From Trypanosoma brucei (taxonomy: Eukaryota), in contig CH464491.1 of the NCBI GenBank assembly GCA_000002445.1, positions 4,224,001 to 4,288,000 of the forward strand: a DNA stretch of 64,000 nucleotides. The letters run 5' to 3'. Numbering within the stretch: position 1 is the stretch's first letter; each line of letters starts with the position of its first letter. The notes under the pieces were generated by a model. It did no database searches. It was not told the DNA's origin and worked only from the letters and a program-made list of their open reading frames with translations. This document shows, one piece after another, positions 20,682 through 32,600 of the stretch. A program made the translations under genes and the position numbers.

Positions 20682-23600
20682 TCACGCAAGTTCCATTTCC
20701 ATTGCATGGTTAATTGCTATCATGAGCTTTTCTTTAAATAGCTTGTACGTATCATACGGAGGAATTGTCACAAGTGATGTGCACGATTGAGCCCGTGGTA
20801 GATGATCAATGCTCTCCGTTCCTTGTAGAACTCTGATTTTAGCAGCGAGGGGAGGCCGCTTTTGACCGCAGCCAAAACAAAGGAAAGAGGAGCGCTGACA
20901 AGGACTAAAATCGTCCATGACGCGCCAAAAAATTCTTTTGCTGCGCGGCGGAAGTTGTACTTCGAGCCACTGCCTCATCACTTCAGGCGTTATGTCGGGC
21001 TCACCGCACACCATTCGCTCCAGCTCCCTCCACGAAACACAGCGAACGACTCGCCTCGGTAAAACTGCCCAAAGGCCTGTGCGAATAGCGCTTAACTGAG
21101 CGTCTAGTGAGTGAAGCAGACAACTCTCCGCGACCCGACGGTAGTGAGCCACTTGGGATTCTCCGGTCATTGTTGCGTTGCTAAAAGCAGCGGAAAGGCC
21201 CTTGGAAAAGTTTGGTATGATTTCCTCGGCCGCTGTGCTGAGGAGAAAATCTCCATCCCCCACGATCTTCTCCGCCGCATTATCGACGTAAAGATAATAA
21301 TCCCTCACCATAAGTACATCTCCGACCATATACTTCCACAGAAAGGGTGAAAAATCCAAGGAAACTGGTGATTTGGCTACAATGCAGTGAGCCATTATTT
21401 TTCCGAGTAAATTGAAAAGTGCAAGGCTGTGTGCTGAGTTGGCGGAGCTGTTGGGTACTAACCCGACCCTTTGAGAATGTTCCGGGTAGTGGAAAAGTGG
21501 ACTCCGGTTGAAGGAGGTGTTCGGATAACACATGTCTGGATGGGTCATGATCTCCTCACTAAGGAAAGTCCACAACTGTCTATACGGGCCTCCAAGATCT
21601 TGAGGTGAGTGTCCACTGTGAGTGATGTGCAGCTGCACTTTGAAGAGTGGGTGCTGCCTAAACATCCTGGGCTTGAATGAGCCAATCTGTTTATATATTT
21701 GAGACAGTATGGAGCAGTGGAGAACCGCCTCGGCCGTTCGTGGGAGATCGCAGTACAGCTCTGTTACGTGCACTGTTATGCCCTGGGGCATGTCATTTAT
21801 CTCCACCTGTGGAATGGCCACTAAATACCGCCTCGTGAACGGGCGCCGAACAATACATTTCAGCATAAGAAAGGCCTCAGGCAAACACCCAACGACAACG
21901 TCATCGTCCAAGTTAATGAAACGACGAGCGGTTGCCATGCAGCTCTCAGCAACACGAATAACCTTTGTGTGAAGCATCCTTTCCGTGTCAGTAAGCGCCA
22001 TGATCATCGGGTAGCGCAGGAGAGGCCCCCTTTCATGCACACCAGGCTCGCAGTGGAACGGAGAGACACCGCTCGCACTAATCTCAGTTACCCTTGATGG
22101 CTTGGCCTCCTCCAAATCTGAGAGATATGATGCCAGTTGTTCATAGAACGAAATGGGCATGTACGGCAGGACGCTTTTTCCTTGGGAAGCGGCATCACCC
22201 CAACCTCGTACCCTGACGCAGGCAAAACGCCCAGCCAAGTCCGAGTAGTCACCGGGTAGGTAATGAAACTCATTGACATTCAAAGAGATCCGCATGCCGT
22301 CGTTCGTGCCAGCAGACACGAAGGCATATAATGGCCCATCTCCGCGTCCAACAGGGATAGGTACAAACGGTCCACGAATTCCGTCAACGGACCATGCCAC
22401 CACCCCCTTGTCATTGTCCAGAAGGCAACCAATCGTACACTTTGGCGACACTTCCTTTTCTGGTTTGTACTCTTCCTTTCTGTCATGGCACAAGAGTTCA
22501 TTCCCCGTAAATCCAAAACTGTATGCGTCACTTCCAATGGGTTGGTCAGGAATATGACTGTGTTGTTTCGCCCCCCAACCGACGACAAATGGCACCGAGA
22601 GTTTCTCTGGCAATGTAACTTCATAATAGTACTTTCCCCGAGAGGCCACAGCGCATCGGCTCACGACCTTTCCCACAACGAGAGAGCCACCTTCAAACTC
22701 CCCGAATAAACAGACCGCCTCAACAACCGCCGCATGAAGCATGCCATCGTGCTCATCGCTAATGTCTACAGCCTTTGGCAGCTGGCACCCCTCACGAAAC
22801 GCCTGGGCCAAATCCAGTAGGCACCGCAGTGGTGCCAAAGGAATATGGCGGACAGTGCTAGCGAGGAGTGACTCCGGGAGAAACATCACAAGCTCCACTC
22901 CCGCGGCAACATCCTCCGGAATCTCCGAGTAATCCGAGCCGTCCAAGGCATATTGGTCAACCCACCTCACCAGCATGGATAACAACTGAAGAAGAACGCC
23001 ATCGTGTCCCTCGCCGTAGCACCTAACAAGGCTGATAATGCATCCCAGAAGGTGTTGCCGGTACCTTCGGCAGCAGCGATGTGTTGCCGACACGATGGCG
23101 TGAAACGAATCCCAAAGAAGCGATGGGAAAGGTACCACGATTTCAGGGCGCAGTAAAACATATTTAGTGACGAGATGCGATAAAGTGACACAATCCCATG
23201 GCTTTGTTGAGGGTTCTGAAATGGTCCGCAACGCTCCACACAAAAACCTTTGCAACAGCGCTCCATCTGCACAAGTAGCAAACAGTTTCTCCGCCATAGG
23301 ACTGGAGTGGTAAAGCACCACTGCTTGAACGTCGTCCCCACCAGCGCCGAGAAAGGAAAGATAGATGTGACGGGAAAGCAGCACCACAAGCCGGTGTAGC
23401 GCCGACCCAACACCGCGTTTATACGACTTTTCCACCCCCGCTAGCGTATTTGTCGGGGGTTCAGTGGGGTCCCTCAAACCAGGAAGAGGTTCAACGTGAG
23501 CCAAGTCAGACAATGGAGGTATTCGCACCGTGTCGCAGCGGAAGGAACGCAACACAAATGCACTAGCACTTCCTTCTCTTGGCTTCCACTGCCCCGAAAC

Positions 23601-26600
23601 CCTCAGACCACTGGCGTCTACGGTACCCTCCGCAATTACAATTCCAACGGAACGCTTTCCACTTGCAAGGACGGACCCGACTTCTTCCGCAACTTCCTCA
23701 AATGAGGAGTGACACCCTCTCATTAGAAGGCGAGTGACACAATAAACAGTTTGAAGAGGAGCAGTAAACAGTAGAAGGAATAAAGATCGGCTGCTGCGCC
23801 TAAACTTTCCCAACGCGGTGTATTTCATAGTACCGGTAGGAAGGTTAACGTAAGCTTCGCCCATGCAGTTTGCCTTCAACTGCAAAGAAATTGTGCCGCG
23901 GACTCCACCAGCAGCGCTAATTTCTCCTTCCCACACACCTTCTATTGTCATTCTCTTCATGGGATTGTTGAGACACGTCACCCGCAGCCCATGCTCAAAA
24001 AGGCTGCAAGGCAATCCACTGCTTGATGTCCACCACACATTCCCGGCACATTGTTTCACTGGAATGCAATCCAGCGTACTGAGTGAAACTCTTGAATGCG
24101 GTGCGTGAATCTTCACGCCCTCAAATACATCTGCAGTATTCTGTTTAACGACGCGAAAGATTTCCCCTCTGTGCACTCCACCAATTGCACAAACCAACAT
24201 GTTGTACTTCACTGCGCAAAACCATGAATTACACAGAGATGAAGGTACAAAACCATCGAGGCGCTTATCGCCCAACTCAGCCAGGTATGTGCAACTTTCT
24301 GTGGCCATCACAGCATCCTGTAGGTCAGAAAAGAATTTCGCCTGAACATCGTTGCTTATTTCCACTGCTGCCAAGTGTCTCAGAATATCCACAAGTGCCG
24401 TACGGTGTGGGAGAACAACGGAGGAAAGGTCCTTGTTGTCGCACAACCCCTTTAGAATCAGCAAAAATCGGGATATCGCAAAGCCCTCTGCCACTGTTGG
24501 GCCACACTTTTCCAGGTTGCAGTTAAGCTCCCGTTCCTCAGATACCACACCATACGGATCAACCAACAGCTGTGAAAAAGGGACATGCCGAACTGCACCC
24601 CCTGCCGGAACATACAAAACCGCTTCATCACGATCAACAGCCACAACCCTGCCCTGAAGAAGCTCTCCGTTATCAAAGGTATATACAAGCACACCCACCA
24701 TTGGGGAGTCTGTACATGGTACAAGCGGGACGCGGCAGTGCTCTGGCCTAAGCAACTTTACCCCACCGCTACACGACACACTCACAACGCCATCAGTAAC
24801 GTCATCCACAACTCCTTGAATTGTTCCACCACATTCTGGCAAGACGGAGGCTGTAATGTCCTTCTGTCCGAAGAGTACGAACCCTACAAGGTTAGGCTTT
24901 GATGAGCTCACATCAAGTGAGGCAATATCGCAAGACCCAAGCGTCGACCAATCACGTGCTATCACCACTTCACCACACTGGAAATCTGCTTCAACAGTGA
25001 TTGTCGAACTGTTTTGGAAGCCCCCTACAGAACGAGCAGAAAATCTTACTGCCTGATTCAGCGTCGAGTCGTTGCAGAGAGCCACAATTCCTGGTGTCCC
25101 CGAAACCAACTTCCCTCGAAGCGACACTGGGGAGACACCGAGTACTTCCGAGGCCTCACCAATACCAATGAACGTAGGTACAACGGGGTCCAGCGGCTCT
25201 CCATCGGTTGTATTAATCGTGACGGTGAAAACCGCCCGATGCTTATACGCAATCCCCCATACTGTCAGAGCGTTGATTCCAGACGAAACCGCAACGCAAT
25301 GCATCCGTCTTTCATCGACACAGCATCCCTCACTTTTAAGGTAAAAGGCGCATACAGCAGGAATGGCTACACTCATTCCCACATCTAGTTTGCTTGGAGG
25401 GGTATTGTTGCTTACCAGCAAGTTGGATCCCATCTCGGTAAAAGGATGGTGCGAGTGGGCGCAGAGCATAAAGCAGGACCTGCAAAGTTGATAGTCGACG
25501 CATTCATTGCACTTGTACCATTTCAACTGATTCATGTCAGTTGTCAGCTTCATCACAGGGCAGGAGTCACATCTTTTCTTGAATTTTGCCAGAGACAGCG
25601 AAAAATGTGGCAGCTGCGTGGTTGTGCGCGCTACCTCCTCATTGTTCCGTGAAGGTAAAATAACGGCCACAGCGTCTGTATTGTAGAGATGAACGAAAGG
25701 GAATAACTCCTCGCCCGCAGGGACCTCGTCGTAGATCAATCCCAAAGGAGTTTCCTCCTGATTCACACCTTTGCGGTACGCATGAATGGTCCCTTCGTCC
25801 CGGTTAACATCAAGACGAACGATATCACCGCTGACAATGATGCAGTTAGGCTCCGCTATAGTACGAAATTTTGCATTGGTGCAGAGGTGAGGTAAACGCC
25901 ACGGTGCAACATCCATATCGTGCAGCGCCCACGCCTCCGGGCTTCCCAATGTGAGGTCACGCCGTCTCCAACCAAAGGAAGCGTTGCAAACACCAACGTA
26001 ATATCCTCCACCCAATATTTGTCCTACCTTTCCTCGGAGAAGTTGAAAGCGCAAGCTGAACTGACCTTTAAGTGGGACTGACGGCTCTGCGATTGCAATG
26101 AAGGGGGCTGACGAACCCTTCGTGTCGTTCAAAACTGTCGCCAAACTACCGCAGAAGTACGGCGGGAAACGGAAGCAAGGATTAGATAGGGCCGACGAAA
26201 AAGTATGACCGCAAGGAATACGTGACGGCTCTAGTAAAGTAGTATCTCGTACAAGTCGTTGAATACGATAGAAATGCATCGCGCGGACACTGAAAAGCGA
26301 CCGATTCCATAGCTCTTTCTCCTCCTCAAGGATGCGCTCCCGCTGCCGCACTTCGGTTAAAGAAAGCGCCTGTGTCGTAACCAATGGTGTAACAAGGCGC
26401 CTGAGAGCACCAACCAGGGCGTTAACACATTGACGCAATCCCCCTAGTGAGTGACCAGGCTGCTCCCAACGCAGCGCGGTGTGCATGAAACGGCTATTGT
26501 GTGGACGAAGATTGCCGAGGTGCTCGCAGAACGTGACACCTTCACAAGAAACGCTGGCAAAATGGCTCATAAGCCGGCGGCACGACACAACCGCCACCTC

Positions 26601-29600
26601 ACCATCGTGCCCACAAATCTCGAAGAGACGCGGATCTGCCACACCCCCAAACAATGCCAACGTGACAAAAGGAGTGACGCAATCATTGAGCTCACCGCAT
26701 ACGGCATCAACAACGCATTGCTCAAAGGGCTTCAGCGTTATCATACTCCGCAGCACATCGGTGGCTGCAGCCCTGAGAAGAGTGACGGGGGATATAGGTG
26801 ACATCATCTCGCCTGACCCAATAAACGCGGAGGCATCGTCGTTGTAAAGCTGCACGAAGGGAACCAAATCGATATCCGATGGAACATTGACGAAGAGTGT
26901 CTGGACGAAAGCATTCTCGCGGTAAAATTCCAGTTCCCGTTTCTCCCGCCGGACACGCACACGAATCGACTCCACACTCCCAAAGGACCGCTGAAAAGTA
27001 TTGGGCGCCACGTGCGGGTTCGTTGCGTGCTGCAGCTGCGGTGACATATCGTGGAGGGCCCATACAAGAGGCGGGTTTAAAGATTTCCATCCTTGTGCGG
27101 TGCTCGTGGAAATCGGAAACGGGAGATGCGCAGCAGCAACACCAACATAGTACCCCCCTTTCAGTGAACTACCAAGTGGATATCCTCTCCGGCAAATACG
27201 TACGGTAAACGAGGTGTCGCCGACCCTCGGCAGAACATTTCCCAGCACAACGCTCCGCTGCGCGCCCGAGCGCATCTGTGCCAGCTGTGCATGCGCAATC
27301 GTGACACATCGAGTATCGCACTTCAACCAGCGCAAAGAGAGGGGAATATGTTTGCGCTTACGGTCTCGAGCATTTGCATGCACGAAGAGCATATTTACAA
27401 GTTGATGCACGACACCAGTATCGTGGACATGGCTGATATGGGGAACAAGCTCCGCCAACAGTCCAACGGTTGCGAGCTGAACTGAATGCAAGGATGGTGA
27501 CATCAGAACGCGTACTGTGCTTAACAGCATTTCCTCCAGTGCTTCCGGAAGGGGACGGACCCTCACGATCCGCACAACGAAACGTAAAGTAGCAATATGC
27601 CGAAGAACTGACCACTCCGCAAATGGAGGAAGGCCGTCAGCAGCAAAGTAAGACCCAGAACTGTCTCGTATCTTGGCACCATCCTGTGTCACGAAAGACA
27701 TTACATTACCCAGGTGCCGACAAACAGCGTCACAGCATTGAACCCAAAACGGCGTCATGCATGGATTAAAGTTGCATTGCAACGTAGAAGAGTGAGTGGT
27801 GATGTAGTGTAGAGCAACCTCCGAAGCGAAGGCGATGCTGTAGTGCGTTGGGACGTCAGCGAAACCGGGAGAGGCCCAAAGTCGGTTTAGGTCATAACGG
27901 AATGGTCGAAGCCCAAAGTTAACGGTAAACCCCACACGCTTCTTGTCGCCCATACGAATGGTTGGATAGAGGGAATCCTCTCCACCCTTGATACCACCGG
28001 CAAAAGACATAAAGGTACCGTTGAGAGTAAAGAAAACACGACGGGTGAATCGGACAATACCGCAGCCGACCGTGTCGCCATAACCGAAGGGTGGAAGCTT
28101 AATAATGTGTGTCAAGCCAGAATCCTTGTAGAAATACACGGATTCATCAGGTCGGTCCACACAACTGTGACAGTTGCTGATGCAGACCATGAAACTGCAG
28201 CACGAAGTTGAAAGTTCCACCTCGTAGTACAGCACCGGTGGGACATCGGTTAAATGGGGAGTGAGAGGTGGGATGCTCCACGCCTCATCCGCTCGCAGTA
28301 CGAGTGGGGGCGAGCCGGCAGCTTTCTCGACCAGCACGCCCCTATCACACAAAGAAACACTAAGGTTAGGTATGACAACAGAGAATCCGTTTGAAGCAAG
28401 ACGCCTGTCGTACACTTGATCAGCCGGGGCTAACACCCCGCCTAATACCGGGTGGCAGCTCCTCAAACTGGCAGTAGAGTTACGCTTCCATCGCGTCTGC
28501 GCTCGCCATGTCGCTGGTAGCCTACAAACTGGCATGTGTATCGACTCCGCGAGGCGAATGAGAATGTTAAGCACCTCAGGCGCTGATGCTCTACTAAACA
28601 ATTCGCAGTCCGTGGGGTCCCACGGGTGACACATGATGCTCAGTAGCTGAATGGTCAAGGACCCTTGAAGGGCCAGCGTCGTTGTTGCGACTTCTGAAGA
28701 CATGTACACAGGGAGACTGTTGATGAGAATGCATCGGCACTTCCTCAACACGTCATAGAATGCCACACGCACACGAGACTCCAAATCCACTCCAGAGCCA
28801 GTGAAATTTTCTAGAATATGCTTCCCTTTGGCTCCTTCATATACGGAAAAGACAACGTCAAGGATCTTTCGGACTGTGCGCGGCTCATATTCTACCGCCG
28901 GCTGTGATAGTAGCGTAGAAAGTATATGAAACCCCCGAGCAACGTTTAATGCGGCAACCGTTTGCTCCACCAAAATGTCTTCAAGTTCGTCATGCGTACC
29001 GCCCTGCTCAACGAAATCGCGTAACTGGCTCAGAAGCTTCCGGGCGCCCTTCATCTCCTCTGGTTCTTTTTGATCTGGTGTCATGCTGTCACTATGAGCA
29101 ACCTCGTCGCACGGCGGTACCGCAGCCTCGCCTTCTCGTTCCTGTGGCGGATACGGCACAAACCTTGCTTGAAGTGGCAACACGTCGCTTTGGCACGCAA
29201 TACAGCGAACTGCCCAGTCGGCAAAATCCACAATCGACCGACGTGTTGCGTCCTTCTCAACTCCCTGAAGCAGATTCCCCCATTCCAAGGAGAACCCGCG
29301 CGACTCTAACTCTGCCTCTGCTTCATGTGGTTCCATGCCGCAATGTATAAGAAGCGCCAGAAGTGCCGAAACAACAGGCCGCATCGACAGGTTGACCTTA
29401 CCTTGCACACTTTGCCAGACCTTATCTGATAGTGTTTTTCCAGCACCCCTAGCGCCAAGGATATCCGACGCGATACCCAAACCCCCTTTTCGGCCAGGAA
29501 CATACAACTGATGCTTTGATAGAGCTTCGCTGTTGAGCCCGTGATGGAACAGCGGCGCGAGAGGAAATGCACGTGGCCTAGGAAAAACCACCAAGTGCTT

Positions 29601-32600
29601 TGCGACCGCTGTGAAGAGATTGAAGACACACTCACGGAATATGGCTCCCCAACTGCAGCCCACGGGTAAATCGTAGTTGCTAGCGATAGTAAATGAGGCT
29701 TCACCCGTTCCGAAAAACACCAAAGGCAGTCCGGAAATTTCAAAGAAGGGGTATTCATTGCTTAACACAAACGATATTGGGTCCGCGACACTGGTATCAG
29801 TTGCAACGACATGCACATCAGATGTGGACGCCCACCAGGAGATTACCACGGACTTTGCCCTCTTGTAGTCCAGTGCGAGCACAAACGGTGCGTCATCCGA
29901 TCTGGGTACCACATCATATTCCTGCCGCGCCTCAAATCTGACAGTATTCACATCTGCCCCACCCACAACTGGGGCCGACTCCACCAAAGCCAGCAGAGTC
30001 TTCTCGATATCTGGAGTAACCGCTGCAGGGCACAGCACAGACACACTGATCAGCAGAGGAAAGAGACCCGTGTGAACCTCGGTTTCTTGTAGGCTGTCAC
30101 GCCACCCACGGCTTTGGAGGAGCTTCCCCGCGTGCCTCACGTAGAGCTCCAAGAGCTGCGAAACGATTTTACCTTGCCCGTGGCTGTGCAGTAGCTGCAC
30201 TGAAATTATTGAAAACCACCACATGAGATGAGTGACTTTGCGACCACACGGTACATCATGTCTTTCCAATTCACATCGCCGGAGAAGGGAAGCAGTCATC
30301 GATATTATTTGTGAGGGAGCATCATTAACCACAGAAGAAAGAACAAATAAAAGGGAATCCTTTTGCATACAGGTGTAAAGTACATCAGCCGATTGAATGT
30401 CATCAGCGTTAAGCAAAACGCCGACTCGGTCCGAAACCGTCAGCAACGGGCCTCCGTCTGCGTTGAAGAGAGATGAAGCCACATCCTGAATCAAGTTCTT
30501 AGGAAGCCATCCCATCACTTTTTTGCAACAGCATTGCAGAGAAATAACAACAGATGAAAGGGGTGATTTTGCTCCTTCAACGGCAAACCGCTCCAAATAT
30601 ACGGTTCCCATCGTCGCAAGAGCGAGTAGCTTTACGCTCTTTGTCGTTGGCGTGGCGTTGCGTAGTCTGGTGACAATGTATTGAAGGTCGCCTGATCGAG
30701 CAGCATTTATTTCCTCAGGGATTCGAATAATACCCACCCCGTTGATGTAAACCCTTTTAAGAATTTCGTTGCAAACCCATGCTACGGAACCCCTATGCGC
30801 ACCAGTTAGAGCAATGCAACTTACGTTTAACTGGTGCTCTCGCCTTGCGGCAGTGGAGATTGGTGTCATCGAAAATGTGGAGAGCCGCCGCTTGAAGGTA
30901 TAGAGCGAAGACTCATCGCGCGAAAGGAAGTAGCGCGTCTCCGCGTGGCTCGCAGAGCAACGGTACACACGGGTAATGGTGTTGCAACCTTTCAGGACCT
31001 GAGCTACGACCTCGTCGCCGCCTCTGCATGATGAGGGGAAGACGAGGAGGGACTGGTAGTCGCTCACAATAACTCTAGCACTCAGAAATTGTTCTTGGGG
31101 CAGAAAAATATCGTGCTCATACGGTTCTGTGGGTGAACAAGGACAGCAAACGACACTGTCCCATATAAAGTTCTCTTCCAGCAACGTGAACCCTCGTGCG
31201 GTGACTAGCTCCTTCACCCATATCCCCTCACCTTCATCAAGGGGAAAGCAAAACAGCATTCCAGCGGTCGATTCCACTGCTCGCGTGGTTGAAAACCTGT
31301 TGATTGAGTGCTGGCAGCACTCGTCACCACCCCACACCGCGAGCGAAGATACGTGTCCTACACCGTCAAGCACAGTGACGGTGGCGATTTTGACTACCGC
31401 GAGGCTTGCTGCACGTACACCATGCAGCTCCACCGAAGTGTCATCCACGCACAAGGCCCATAACCCCCTCTCCCACTTGCAGCTCACAAAGTGCCAAGGA
31501 ACGTCGCTGGGAATCGCACCGAAGCAAGTGCATGTTCCCTGGGCCATCCTTATAACCCCATCCGCCAAACTTACGGTGAAAATCATCTCGTGTGCTCTTA
31601 TTTCAACGAGAACCCCGGAGAAGTCGCTGTGCACGTGACTGCATATGACAAGGAAGTCTACTTCAGAAGAAGCACCGTTTTCCAGCACATCCAACACGAT
31701 TTTACTTTTTTCCAAGAGAAAAAGTGAGCTGCTCCTACCACTAGGTAGTTTGGGGGCAAATAGAAACTCCAGTTTGTCATCAGCTACATATGTCGGGATT
31801 GCCGGGCGATCCGTTTCGCTCTCGTCCACGTACTCCAGCGAGGCATTTAGTACCACGTGGCGACGGCCAGCCCGCGTTGTGAGTATGAGAGATGAAAAGG
31901 TAGATGAGAACTGCATAAACCAAAGTGTCTCCACCAATTCGGCATTTTGTGACCGTGCAACTAACCTTCCACCGTCGACTTTCAGTAACATTATATCAAA
32001 CAACGTGGCAACAGCTATAAATTGACCGCATGGCGAGACACAGAATGTGCGAATGCCACTCCTCTCTGGCACCGCAATAGATAATTCAATCTCTTGGCCA
32101 TGGCGTCCGTCAACAGGGGACATCAATGCACTCTTCACAGATAATGAGGGAGAAAAAACACGTAGTAGCTCCTCGTAATGCGGCACCGTCACAGGCACTA
32201 CGCTCGATGCAGGACCAGCGCAACACTCCTCAAGAACCTCGACGTACTCCAGTATCTCCTTCATTTCGCCTCGGAGGAGGACGACAAACCCAAAAAAGCC
32301 GTAGAGAGCCTCCTCCTTCCCTTGGGAATAGTCGTCCTTCTTGACAATCTCTTTTAAGGTGTCAAGAGCTGCCGACACAACAGAATGATTCACGAGGCGT
32401 ACTGCAAGTCGGTTCTTCTTGACAGTTGCCATCGCACAATCAGGAGTTGTCAGATTCCTGATGTCTAGTAACCATGCGGATATGGTGTGGACCATCACCA
32501 TTGTTCCAGAAGTAATGGCATGAAAGAGTGGAAGCGGCGCAACCGAAGACGCAGCTTCATCGTACAAGCTCGACAGAGAAAGTTGATAGTTGAGTGAATT